Part shown: one piece after another, positions 1-9,223 of the stretch
Layout: each line of letters opens with the position of its first letter
Position numbering within the stretch: the first letter of the stretch is position 1
Assembly: GCA_965206645.1 (NCBI GenBank)
Contig: CBDBKE010000004.1
Coordinates: 256,001 to 320,000, forward strand
Direction of reading: 5' to 3'
DNA from: Terriglobia bacterium
GTDB lineage: Bacteria; Acidobacteriota; Terriglobia; JAJPHL01; JAPKYU01
Length of the DNA: 64,000 nt
Notes under the pieces: model-generated
The model's input: only the letters and a program-made list of their open reading frames with translations
Told to the model about the DNA's origin: nothing
Database searches by the model: none
Position numbers and translations under genes: made by a program

Positions 1-358
1 CGAGCGCCTCTTCCCAATCCACATCCTGCTTGCCACGCCGGGGAGCTTGGATGCGGTCGGGGTTATACAGCGCTTGAAGTTCAGCCTGGCCGCGCGCGCA
101 CAAACGGCCGGCGTTGATGGGGTGGGTGGCCAATCCTTCCAGCTTCACGGCGCGCCCGTCTACCAGGCGGACTTCCAGCCCGCAGGCGGCGCCGCAGCCG
201 CCGCATACGCTTTTCACCCACTTCTCTTCACCCAAAACCAGTTGGTCTTCTGGGACCAGCACGGGCATGGTCTCGCGCATGCCCTTGCCACAACTGGTCA
301 GCATCGTGCTGCCGGCGGTCAGCACGCTCGAAATCTTAATGAAGTTGCGTCTATCCAT
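1..358 (-). CDS. Molybdopterin oxidoreductase-family subunit (QrcB/ActB-like), N-terminal part; Tat lipoprotein; runs off the window edge
   Basis: Not in the ORF track. Manual translation gives MDRRNFIKISSVLTAGSTMLTSC... (twin-Arg motif plus lipobox), then CGGCGAAC-x27-C ([4Fe-4S] FS0 motif), GRAVKLEG..HP and LYNPDRI. Confidence 0.85.
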   Translation of the reverse strand, partial: MDRRNFIKISSVLTAGSTMLTSCGKGMRETMPVLVPEDQLVLGEEKWVKSVCGGCGAACGLEVRLVDGRAVKLEGLATHPINAGRLCARGQAELQALYNPDRIQAPRRGKQDVDWEEAL

Positions 359-430
359 GACTTGAAGTGACTCGAAGTCTTAAAATCCAAGGTCTAAGGT
401 CCGGAGCCATCATGACTCCGGACCGTGGAC

Positions 431-931
431 CTATTTGTGGCACGTTAGGCAGTCATTGGACGCCCCTCGATCCCGGTGGCAATCCATGCAGGTGGCCATA
501 GTGAATTCCTTTTCGGTGGCTGAGATCACTGTCGTGCCGGTGTCGCCGTGGCACTCAGCGCATTCGATCTCTGCCTTCACATGACGCGAGTGGTTGAAAT
601 AAACGAACTCAGGCACCTCGTAGAGGCGCACCCAGGGAATAAACTGCCGCGCTTTCTGGAATTGCGCGATCTTCTGCACTTCCGGGCTGTCGCTCTTGAT
701 TACCTGGTGACAACTCATGCACAGGTTGGCCGTGGGCAAGCCTGCCTTCTCAGACTGGCTGACCAGCCGGTGGCAGTCCGCGCATTTAATTTTCTGCTCC
801 AGGTGCAGGCTGTGGTCAAAGGTGACCGGCTGCTCGGGCGGGGCTGCGCGACGGCCCCACAAAAAAGCGGCCACCACGCATGCCAACATGACCAAGATGA
901 GGGCCAGCCAACCGGTACGCACGAGCTTCAT
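431..931 (-). CDS. Membrane-anchored pentaheme cytochrome c (QrcA/ActA-like, c3/c7 type)
   Basis: N-terminal TM helix and five CXXCH motifs (CADCH, CMSCH, CAECH, CMDCH, CLTCH), with QPVTFDH and VYFNHSRH motifs. The ATG at 931 overlaps the upstream TGA. Confidence 0.9.
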   Translation of the reverse strand: MKLVRTGWLALILVMLACVVAAFLWGRRAAPPEQPVTFDHSLHLEQKIKCADCHRLVSQSEKAGLPTANLCMSCHQVIKSDSPEVQKIAQFQKARQFIPWVRLYEVPEFVYFNHSRHVKAEIECAECHGDTGTTVISATEKEFTMATCMDCHRDRGASNDCLTCHK

Positions 932-2061
932 CAATTGCTTTGGAACTGGCGCAACAAGACCCGGATGGCCGGGTCTTCCTGCCCCAAACGCCAGCCGGCC
1001 ACGCCGGCCAGTTGATTGCGCCAGGCCAGAGCTAACTTTTCCGCGATGCTCCAACCGTCTTCTAGCCAGACCGTGTGCGGCCGGCCTTGGTTTAGGAAGC
1101 CGAACCAGTGCGCCCGGTGTGTCGGGTCCCAGCGCCAGTCCGCTTGGTGCTCCCGCTGCAGGGCCTGCGCCTTCTGATAGCTTCCGGAGGTGGCCCCGGC
1201 TGCGCTCCAGTTGCGATGATAAAAGGCGAGTCCCAAGAGTAACTTGCGCTGCGGAACCAGAGCCACGGTTTCACGTAGCACCGCCTCCACCCAGTGGTAA
1301 CTGGCGATCGGTCCCGGGCCACCAAGGCGGCTATGCTGGTCGTAAGCCATCAGCACGACGCGATCAGCCAGGCGTCCGGCCGCGCGGTAGTCAAAGGTCT
1401 TCCGGTGACGCGGCGAAGGAACTGGCAACGCTACTCCCAGGGATAGCCCAGCTCGGGAATGAGCTGCGCGCAGCTCGGCAAGGAACTCGGAAAACTGCTG
1501 TCGCTGAGCTGCGTTGGCCCACAGACTCTCGAAGTCTATCACGTATCCTCGGAAGTGATAGCGGCGCGCCCGCTCCAACAGTTCGCGGACCAGCCGCGCT
1601 CGCGCCTGGCGTGAGCGCAGCAGCTCGGCCGCCACTTCCGGCGAGAAGTCGCGGTTGATGACCAGAGGCGTCAGAGGAATCCGCGACTGACGGCAATGGT
1701 CCAGCAGCGGCGTCCAGGGTTCGCCGGAAAGGCTGCCGTCGGCATGAGCTGCGAACCACTGCGGGGAAACCGAGGTCGCACGGTCGCCGTACAGCCGAAG
1801 CGATGCCAGCCCGACTTCCTCGTTCAGCGCGAACAAGACAACTTCCTTGCCGGCGCTTGGGTTGGGGAGCGCCTTCCTCCCGTCCACTGCCGCTCCGCGC
1901 ACGGCACTTCGGGACAGCACAGCAGCCCTGTCCTCACATTGCCCGGTGGCCGGGTTGAGCGCCAGCCAGGCCGCCACGGCCACCAGCACTGCTCGGCCGG
2001 CCAGGCGGGCAACGCCGATAGCTTCACTGAGCTTCATATTCATCTTCAATCGCTGTTTCAT
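931..2061 (-). CDS. Secreted glycoside hydrolase family 18 protein (YdhD/SleL-like)
   Basis: FRGYVIDFE (GH18 DxE), LMAYDQH..GPGPIA, KLLLGLAFY and GVAGWRLGQED motifs, plus a signal-like hydrophobic stretch. Start (2061, 2043 or 2037) is uncertain. Confidence 0.8.
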   Translation of the reverse strand: MKQRLKMNMKLSEAIGVARLAGRAVLVAVAAWLALNPATGQCEDRAAVLSRSAVRGAAVDGRKALPNPSAGKEVVLFALNEEVGLASLRLYGDRATSVSPQWFAAHADGSLSGEPWTPLLDHCRQSRIPLTPLVINRDFSPEVAAELLRSRQARARLVRELLERARRYHFRGYVIDFESLWANAAQRQQFSEFLAELRAAHSRAGLSLGVALPVPSPRHRKTFDYRAAGRLADRVVLMAYDQHSRLGGPGPIASYHWVEAVLRETVALVPQRKLLLGLAFYHRNWSAAGATSGSYQKAQALQREHQADWRWDPTHRAHWFGFLNQGRPHTVWLEDGWSIAEKLALAWRNQLAGVAGWRLGQEDPAIRVLLRQFQSN

Positions 2062-3407
2062 TCCTCCCCAAGGCCCGGCCTCCTCAAGGACCGGCTGCGG
2101 AAGAAGAAGTAAGCGGGGACGCCCAGGCCTATCATCCCTAGGCCCACCAGTGAGCGCCACCACTCCTGCTGGCGCAGGATCATCACCACCAGGGCTGCGC
2201 TGACAACCACAAACAGCGCCGGGATCACCGGGTAACCCCAAGCGCGGTAGGGCCGCGGCCACTCCGGATGCTTGCGCCGCAATACGAAGAGTGAGCCGAC
2301 GCCCAGTCCGTAGAAGCACCAATTGGCAAAAATCGCGTAGGTGAACAACTGTTGGAAGGTTCCAGTCAAGCTGATCAGGGCTCCTATAATGGTTTGGACG
2401 ACCACGGCGACGTGAGGACTGTAGAAGCGCGGGTGCACGGCTGCCAACTGGCCGAACATCAACCCATCGCGCGCCATAGCGTAAGGCACGCGCGCGCCCG
2501 AGAGGATCGAGCCGTTGAGGGCGCCAAAGATGGAAATCAAGGCCGCCAGGGCAACGGCGTCGCCACCCCACCCGCCGAACAAGCGCCGCGCCACATCGCC
2601 GGCCACCCGATCCGAGGCGGCCACCTCGGCCGCGGGTAGGACATAGAAGTAGGCCAGGTTGGTCAGAAGATAGAGCAGTCCTACGGCCACGGTTCCCAGC
2701 AGCAGCGAGCGGGGAATGTTCTTTTGTGGGTCGGCCACTTCGCCCCCGGCCAGGTTCAGGTCATTCCACCCCTGGTAGGCCCACAGCGCGGCCACCAGAG
2801 CCAACACGAAACCGCTGACGGGCGCCTGAACGGGTATCGAGGTGCGTAGGTGACTCCATTGGGCGTCTCCCCACTCGGCTCCGAAGACCAATGCGGCCAG
2901 CACCAGGGCCAGCAGCAAGGCTACCTTCAGGACGGTAAAGAAGGTTTGTACAGCGCCACCGGCGCGGACGCCGAAGTAGTTTACGGCCCCGAGCACGGCA
3001 AGTACTACAACTGCAACTACTTTTAAATGAAGGGAAGGGAAGAGAATTGTCAAGTACAAGGCGAATGCTGTCGCCAGCGTCGCCATCGCCGCCGTTGTCA
3101 TCACCAGAAACTTCGTCCAGCCGTAGAGGAAGCCCCACATCCGGCCGTAGGCCTCCCGCAGATAGACGTAGTCGCCGCCCGAGTGCGGCAGCATCGCCCC
3201 CAGCTCGGCGTAGGCCAGCGCCCCGCTGAGCGAGAGCAGGCCGACAAAGATCCACACCAGGAAGACCGCTTCCGGCGTTCCCACGCCGCGCATCATCGAG
3301 CTGGAAACCAGGAAGATACCGCTGCCAACGATGTTGCCTACGACCAACGAAGCGGCACCCCAAACACCCAGGCCGCGTACCAGCTCGCTATTGGACTTAG
3401 GCAGCAT
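2058..3407 (-). CDS. APC-family amino acid permease
   Basis: GNIVGSGIF, YAELGAMLPHSGGDYVYL and EVADPQKNIPR motifs; ~12 TM segments. Confidence 0.92.
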   Translation of the reverse strand: MLPKSNSELVRGLGVWGAASLVVGNIVGSGIFLVSSSMMRGVGTPEAVFLVWIFVGLLSLSGALAYAELGAMLPHSGGDYVYLREAYGRMWGFLYGWTKFLVMTTAAMATLATAFALYLTILFPSLHLKVVAVVVLAVLGAVNYFGVRAGGAVQTFFTVLKVALLLALVLAALVFGAEWGDAQWSHLRTSIPVQAPVSGFVLALVAALWAYQGWNDLNLAGGEVADPQKNIPRSLLLGTVAVGLLYLLTNLAYFYVLPAAEVAASDRVAGDVARRLFGGWGGDAVALAALISIFGALNGSILSGARVPYAMARDGLMFGQLAAVHPRFYSPHVAVVVQTIIGALISLTGTFQQLFTYAIFANWCFYGLGVGSLFVLRRKHPEWPRPYRAWGYPVIPALFVVVSAALVVMILRQQEWWRSLVGLGMIGLGVPAYFFFRSRSLRRPGLGEE

Positions 3408-4869
3408 CGGTGCCTGTTGAAGGGCTTGCCAGGGCAGGAGTCCAAGGCAAGCTGGCCAGGTAGCCCACGGAAAAGGTGACGGTGGTTCCGATCAGCACGT
3501 ACCAAGTCCAGGCGATTGGGGTCCACTGCCACACGTAGATCATCACCGCCAGCCCGGCGACCATGCCTATGATGGAGCCGTTCTCGTTCGCGCGCCGCGT
3601 CAGCACGCCTAGCATGAAAGTGCCCAGCAGAGAGCCGAAGGCGACCGACGCAATGCTCAGTCCCATTTCGAATACCGAGGTGCGCCACTGGGCGGCGGCC
3701 ATGGCAATCCCAATCAGGATGACGCCCCACAGCAGCGTGGCCGCCCGCGAGGCTCTCAGGTAGTGCGCCTCGCTGCGGCCGGGCGCCAGGTGCGCCCGGT
3801 AGAAGTCCACCACCGAGGTAGAGGCCAGCGCGTTCAGCGCGGCGCTCAGGTTGGCCATGGCGGCCGCCAGAATGGCGGCCACCACCAGGCCGGCTAGCAC
3901 CGGCGGGAAATGTTCGGCGATGAAGATGGGGAAGATGGCGTCGGGGCGCGGGAAGGGCTGCGCCGGCGGAAAATGCTGGTAGTAGGCGAACAGCATGACC
4001 CCGATCACCAGGAACAGGGCGAACTGGAAGAAGATGACCACCCAGCTTGCGAACAAGGCCCGGCGGCTCTCCCGCTCGTCGCGAGCGGCCAGCAACCGCT
4101 GCACCATTAACTGATCGGTACCGTGGCTGGCCGTGGTCAGAAACATTCCGCCCAGGATGCCTGCCCAGAAGGTGTAGGTCTTGGTAACGGAGAAGGTGAA
4201 ATCAAAGACCCCCAACTTGTTGCCGTGCTCGCTGGCCAGCGCCACGACCTCGCTCCAGCCGCCGGGCACCAATTGGAGCAGCATCCAAAAGCTGAGCAGT
4301 GCGCCGGCAATGTAGATGCACATCTGGATGACTTCGGTCCAGATGACAGCGGTCAGGCCGCCTTCGAAGGTGTAGAACAGCGTCAGCGCCGTGATGAGTA
4401 ACACCGAGGCCAGCTCCCCTGTGCCGAGAACCACGCCCACCAGGATGGCGATAGCAAACACGCGCACTCCTTCGGCCACGCTCCGGATCACCAGGAAGGC
4501 GGCGGCGGTGACGAGCTTCAGCCGCGGGCCAAAGCGCCGCTCGATCAGCTGGTAAGCGGTGAACAGCTCCCCCTTAAAGTAGTGCGGCAACAGCAACGTG
4601 CTGATGACCACCCTCGCCAGCAGGTAGCCGAACACCACCTGGAGGAAGCCCAGGTTGCCGTAGTAGGCAATGCCCGGCGTGCCGATGATGGTCAGGATAC
4701 TGGTTTCGGCCGAAACGATGGAGAGCGCGATCGCCCACCAGGGGACAGTGCGGCCACCCAGGAAGTAGTCTTTCAGCGAATGCTGGGACTTGCGGAAGTG
4801 AGCGCCAAAGGCGGTGATGCCAAGCAGATAGACAACGATCACCGCCAAATCCACATAGCCCAGCCTCAC
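3397..4869 (-). CDS. Sodium:solute symporter (SSS family)
   Basis: DYFLGGR, SIVSAETS, GGLTAVIWT, DQLMVQR and AAAMANLSAALNALAS motifs; multi-TM. Confidence 0.92.
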   Translation of the reverse strand: MRLGYVDLAVIVVYLLGITAFGAHFRKSQHSLKDYFLGGRTVPWWAIALSIVSAETSILTIIGTPGIAYYGNLGFLQVVFGYLLARVVISTLLLPHYFKGELFTAYQLIERRFGPRLKLVTAAAFLVIRSVAEGVRVFAIAILVGVVLGTGELASVLLITALTLFYTFEGGLTAVIWTEVIQMCIYIAGALLSFWMLLQLVPGGWSEVVALASEHGNKLGVFDFTFSVTKTYTFWAGILGGMFLTTASHGTDQLMVQRLLAARDERESRRALFASWVVIFFQFALFLVIGVMLFAYYQHFPPAQPFPRPDAIFPIFIAEHFPPVLAGLVVAAILAAAMANLSAALNALASTSVVDFYRAHLAPGRSEAHYLRASRAATLLWGVILIGIAMAAAQWRTSVFEMGLSIASVAFGSLLGTFMLGVLTRRANENGSIIGMVAGLAVMIYVWQWTPIAWTWYVLIGTTVTFSVGYLASLPWTPALASPSTGTDAA

Positions 4870-4977
4870 GTACGCTCCTCACATGCAGAATCGGCCAAAG
4901 CAGAATCGACTACAAGCAAGATCGATGAGTGATGCTACCACGCTGCGTCGTAACAGCAGCAGGCGGCGTGCCACCTC

Positions 4978-5019
4978 GATTAACGTGGATTCACCTGGGA
5001 TTAACGTGGATCAACCTGT
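4978..5019. repeat. 21-bp imperfect direct repeat (GATTAACGTGGATyCACCTG-like) upstream of the SSS gene
   Basis: gattaacgtggattcacctgg followed by gattaacgtggatcaacctgt, read directly. Confidence 0.7.
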
Positions 5020-5179
5020 GAATCAACCGGGCCGGCGAGCGGGGCTGGCGAACCGGCATTAGGTGTTCCGGAACTGCTCGCCTCAGTTCGCGGTTGGCAG
5101 GCCATGCATTGTGGGCGTGCAGAAAACACGGCTTCCTCAGCCGAGCTGCAAGCGAGCCGAAAAGGCCTTCCTTCGAAGT

Positions 5180-6130
5180 TCACCGGGGGGCGGTTTGGGG
5201 TTTGCGTAGCCGGCGGAAAAAGGCGCGGGCGGCTTCGATGTCCCGGGCGATCTGAGCCTTGAGCTCTTCGGCGGAGGAGAACTTCAGCTCGTCGCGGAGC
5301 CGGTGCCAGAACACCACTTCCATCTGGCTGGCGCCGGGCGGCGGTGGCGCTTCCAGAAGAAAGCATTCTACGCGCAGTTGGTTGACGTCGAAGGTGGGGC
5401 TGTAGCCGACGTTGGTCACCGAGGTGGCGCGCTGTCCGGCGCAGATGCTTTCGGTGACGTAGATGCCGCATGCCGGTAGCAGATCGGAATAGGGCTCCAG
5501 GTTCAGCGTGGGGACGGCCTCCGTGCGACCGATGCCGCGCCCGGGCACGATCCGGCCCTGAACCGAGAAGCAGCGCCCCAGCAGGCGGTTGGCCAAACCC
5601 AGTTGCCCTTCCACAATGAGCTGGCGGAGGCGCGTACTGCTGACCGCCTGGCCCCGTAGGCGCACCGCCGGTACCATCTTCACCGCAAATCCCGACCGCC
5701 GCCCCAGGTCCATCAACGCGTGCACGTCACCGGCCTGCCGGTGCCCAAAGCGGAAATTTCCGCCGACAATGATTTCCCTCGCGGCCAGACGCTCCGTCAG
5801 AATCTGGCGCGCAAACTGTTCCGGGGTCAGTTGCGACAGTTCCCGGGTGAAGGGCAGTACCAGCACGCCGGCCAGGCCCGCTTGCTCCAGCAGGGCGAGT
5901 TTCATGGGCAGCGGAGTGACCAGGTGGGGCACGCGCTCGGGAGCCACAATATGGGTCGGGTGCGGATCGAAGGTGAGCAGCAACGGTGTGCCGCCAGCTT
6001 CAGTCGCCCGGCGGCAGACGATTTCCAGGATGCGCCGGTGCCCTAGATGGACCCCGTCGAAGTTGCCGATGGTGAAGACGGGATAGGACAGTCCCCCGGG
6101 AAACTCCGACAGGCTGCGCCACACCCTCAC
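5180..6130 (-). CDS. ribF: Bifunctional riboflavin kinase/FAD synthetase
   Basis: TIGNFDGVHLGH, FRFGH, VSSTRLR, PTLNL, NVGYSPTF and RLRDELKF motifs. Confidence 0.95.
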   Translation of the reverse strand: MRVWRSLSEFPGGLSYPVFTIGNFDGVHLGHRRILEIVCRRATEAGGTPLLLTFDPHPTHIVAPERVPHLVTPLPMKLALLEQAGLAGVLVLPFTRELSQLTPEQFARQILTERLAAREIIVGGNFRFGHRQAGDVHALMDLGRRSGFAVKMVPAVRLRGQAVSSTRLRQLIVEGQLGLANRLLGRCFSVQGRIVPGRGIGRTEAVPTLNLEPYSDLLPACGIYVTESICAGQRATSVTNVGYSPTFDVNQLRVECFLLEAPPPPGASQMEVVFWHRLRDELKFSSAEELKAQIARDIEAARAFFRRLRKPQTAPR

Positions 6131-6897
6131 AGCTCGACCTCTACCTGCAGGCCGTCGTAGCAGAGCTGGACGTGCTCCGGCAGGCTGGCGTTGGTCTCCT
6201 CATGGGCCAGGTCGTGGGCGATGTGGGTGAGGAAAGCGCGGCGCGGCGCGAGGCGAGCGACGTGCTCCAGCGCTTGCTCGACGGTGCAGTGCGTGGGGTG
6301 CGGAGCGTGGCGCAGCGCGTCCAGAAAAACCACGTCCAGGTTTTCCAGCAGCGCGTAGGAGCCCTCCGGGATCTGACCGTAGTCGGTCAGATAGGCGGCG
6401 CTGCCAAAGCGAAAGCCCAGAACCTCCATGAACCCGTGCAGCAGCGGCACCGGAATGAAGCTGGCGCCGAACAGCTCCAGCGGTCCGTCCAGCACGTGGG
6501 CCGCTACGTCCGGCACTCCCCCAAAGGGCGCGTTGCCGCTAAAGATGTAGTGGAAGGTCCGGCGGATGGACTCAATCGTCTTACGGCTGCCGTAAATGGG
6601 GACGGCACTCTTCTGGTGGAAATTGAAGGGGCGTACGTCGTCCAGCCCCAAGATGTGGTCCGCGTGGGGATGCGTGAACAGCACGGCATCAAGCCGCGAG
6701 AGGCCGGCGCGCAGGGCCTGGAAGCGGAAGTCGGGTGAGGTGTCAATGACCACGTTGCGCCCCCCGTATTGCACAAGCAGCGACGGACGGGTGCGTTTGT
6801 CGCGCGGATCCTTGGATAGGCAGACGCGGCAGCGGCAGCCAATGGTGGGCACCCCCAGGGAGGTTCCCGAGCCTAGCACTGTCAGTAGCCCAGTCAC
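6127..6897 (-). CDS. MBL-fold metallohydrolase (PhnP-like)
   Basis: LGSGTSLGVP..GCRCRVC and THPHADHILG (HxHxDH) motifs, plus HPTH and THIAH. Confidence 0.9.
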   Translation of the reverse strand: MTGLLTVLGSGTSLGVPTIGCRCRVCLSKDPRDKRTRPSLLVQYGGRNVVIDTSPDFRFQALRAGLSRLDAVLFTHPHADHILGLDDVRPFNFHQKSAVPIYGSRKTIESIRRTFHYIFSGNAPFGGVPDVAAHVLDGPLELFGASFIPVPLLHGFMEVLGFRFGSAAYLTDYGQIPEGSYALLENLDVVFLDALRHAPHPTHCTVEQALEHVARLAPRRAFLTHIAHDLAHEETNASLPEHVQLCYDGLQVEVEL

Positions 6898-7424
6898 GGC
6901 GCTTTCGAGTACTTACGGTTGAGTTCCATCCAGGCCATGCGTAGCTCGTAGATGCTGCTATCCAACAGGCGCTGCTCGCCCGGGGCCAAATTGCCACGGG
7001 TCTTATCCGCGAGCAGGGCCAGCATGTCAATCGTGTCGCGGGCCCCGAACAGGTCCGGCTCGAGCGGCTGGCTCGGGTCGGTGGTCAGCAGGCCCAGCTG
7101 CAGCATGGCCGTCTGAGTGAAGAAGACCACAATCTTGTCAAAGGAGGGACCAATGCCGGTTCCGACGGCTGCGTATTTCCGGGCAGCCTGCTCCGCTTCA
7201 ACTGAGGGGGCTGGGGCCGAGGGCGCCGGTGCTGAAAATACTGGTTCTAAGAGTGTGGGTGTTGAGGGTGTGGGCCCGGCTGGCTGCGCCGCCGGGCGCG
7301 AGAGCGGCAGTGGAGGCGTCGGCTCCGGACGAGGAGTATCCTCGGCTCCTTCGCGCAGGTCTCCTTCTGACGTGATTCTACGCCGGTCGGTGACCTGAAA
7401 TTCCGGCTCTTTCTCCTCGTCCAT
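6894..7424 (-). CDS. DUF1844 domain-containing protein
   Basis: FQVTDRRR N-terminus, Pro-rich linker, C-terminal ARDTIDMLALLADKTRGNL...YELRM. Start set at MDEEK. Confidence 0.8.
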   Translation of the reverse strand: MDEEKEPEFQVTDRRRITSEGDLREGAEDTPRPEPTPPLPLSRPAAQPAGPTPSTPTLLEPVFSAPAPSAPAPSVEAEQAARKYAAVGTGIGPSFDKIVVFFTQTAMLQLGLLTTDPSQPLEPDLFGARDTIDMLALLADKTRGNLAPGEQRLLDSSIYELRMAWMELNRKYSKAP

Positions 7425-7590
7425 CGGCCCCTGCACGCTTCCAGTGAATTCCCAGTTAAATTCCCAGTTAGATTCTAAGTCTAGCACAGCCGCGTTGCCG
7501 GGCTGTGGGAGCCGGCGACCGCTTGTGCGGCCGACTACGTTGTCCTGGGCGCGACCCTCTGTTAGTCTTGTTCGCTTGTCTTCACAACGT

Positions 7591-8409
7591 ATGCCGGGTG
7601 AGCGATTTGCCGAATTGGTGACGCTGATGGCGCGGCTGCGGGCGCCCGACGGGTGTCCCTGGGACCGCGCCCAAACCTTTGATTCCATCAAGCCCTACCT
7701 GCTGGAAGAGACCTACGAAGTGGTGGACGCCATTGACCGGCGCGACTTTGATGAACTCGCAGGCGAGCTGGGCGACCTACTGCTGCAGGTGGTTTTCTTT
7801 TCCCAGATGGCGTCCGAGCAGGGCCGCTTCACCATGGATGACGTAGTCCAGCGCATTCACACCAAGATGGTGCGCCGGCATCCGCACGTCTTTGGTGGCG
7901 CCGAGGCCCGGACTCCTGGCGACGTGCTTCGCCGCTGGGAGGAAATCAAGGCCGAGGAGCAGCGGGAGCAGGCCGAACGACACGGCGAGCCGCCGACGGG
8001 CGCGACGCTGCTGGACGGGGTGGCGCGCGCGATGCCGGCGCTGCTGGAAGCCTACCAGCTTAACTCCCGCGCCTCGTCTGTGGGTTTCGACTGGCGGCGC
8101 ATCGAAGAGCTGCTGGAGAAGGTCAGCGAAGAGCTAGGCGAACTGCGCCAGGCGCTGGCCGAGGCCGAGCCTGAGCACCGGCGTCAGCACTGCCAGGAAG
8201 AGGTGGGGGACCTGCTGTTCGTGGCCGTCAACGTGGCCCGCTTCCTGGGTCTGGAGCCAGAAACCGCCTTGCGCCGCGCCAATGACAAGTTTCGCCGGCG
8301 CTTTGGTTGGCTGGAGGGGCGCCTGGCCGAGCGGGGCAAGAAGCCGGCCGAGTCCACGCTCGAGGAGATGGACGAGTTGTGGCGGCGCTCCAAGAAGGAG
8401 CTGCGGTGA
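7591..8409 (+). CDS. mazG: Nucleoside triphosphate pyrophosphohydrolase MazG
   Basis: LRAPDGCPWDRAQT, EETYEVVDAI, ELGDLLLQVVF, RRHPHVF and EEVGDLLF motifs. Confidence 0.95.
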   Translation: MPGERFAELVTLMARLRAPDGCPWDRAQTFDSIKPYLLEETYEVVDAIDRRDFDELAGELGDLLLQVVFFSQMASEQGRFTMDDVVQRIHTKMVRRHPHVFGGAEARTPGDVLRRWEEIKAEEQREQAERHGEPPTGATLLDGVARAMPALLEAYQLNSRASSVGFDWRRIEELLEKVSEELGELRQALAEAEPEHRRQHCQEEVGDLLFVAVNVARFLGLEPETALRRANDKFRRRFGWLEGRLAERGKKPAESTLEEMDELWRRSKKELR

Positions 8410-9146
8410 GCCAAGGGGAACTCACTTGTCGCGCCTGCACCAGCGAGGACGACTTTCGCCAGTGCGTGCAGGTGCAGAAAGGCGTGTGGGGCTATGCCGA
8501 CCCTGAGGTGGTTCCGGCCCGCCTGTTCGTGGTGGCGCGGAAAATCGGCGGTCAGGTCTTCGGGGCGTTTGCGCCAGGCACGCGGATGGTGGGCTTCTTG
8601 GTGGCGCTGCCGGGGATCCGCGGGGGCCAATCCTATTTACATTCCCACATGCTGGGGGTCTTGCCCGAGTACCAGAACCGTGGGGTGGGCCGCCAGCTCA
8701 AGCTGATGCAGCGCGACGACGCGCTGGCACACGGCATTCGCTCGGTAGAGTGGACCTTCGATCCGCTGGAGCTGAAAAACGCCTTCATCAATCTGGAGCG
8801 CCTGGGGGTGGTGGTGAGTCGCTACGTTCCCAACTTGTACGGCGCGAGCTCCTCGGCGCTTCAGGCAGGCTTGCCGACGGACCGGCTGGTGGCCGAATGG
8901 TGGGTGGACACACCGCGCGTGGCCCGGGTGCTCGGCGGTGGGCCGGCCAGTTGCGGCCCGGCGCTTCGCTTGCATGTGCCGCCAGAGATTGGGGAAATCA
9001 AGCGTGCGGACCGGGAGCGGGCGCTTGAAATTCAGCAGCGCCTCCGGTGCGAGTTCGAGAAGGCCTTCGCCGAAGGATGGGTCGTGACCGGCTTTGACCG
9101 GAACGGCGCGTATTTGTTGCAAAAGGGGGAAACAATTTCCCTGTAG
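8406..9146 (+). CDS. GNAT acyltransferase of the type linked to OSBS/NSAR genes (putative amino-acid N-succinyltransferase)
   Basis: YLHSHMLGVLPEYQNRGVG, WTFDPL..NA..N and GLPTDRLVAEW motifs. The GTG overlaps the mazG stop. Confidence 0.8.
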   Translation: MSQGELTCRACTSEDDFRQCVQVQKGVWGYADPEVVPARLFVVARKIGGQVFGAFAPGTRMVGFLVALPGIRGGQSYLHSHMLGVLPEYQNRGVGRQLKLMQRDDALAHGIRSVEWTFDPLELKNAFINLERLGVVVSRYVPNLYGASSSALQAGLPTDRLVAEWWVDTPRVARVLGGGPASCGPALRLHVPPEIGEIKRADRERALEIQQRLRCEFEKAFAEGWVVTGFDRNGAYLLQKGETISL

Positions 9147-9223
9147 CGCAAAAGCTCATCCAGCTGGCAGCGCTCTTAGACTAGAAGGCAGTTCGCGGAA
9201 CAGAGGAATCGGAGGGCAGCATC

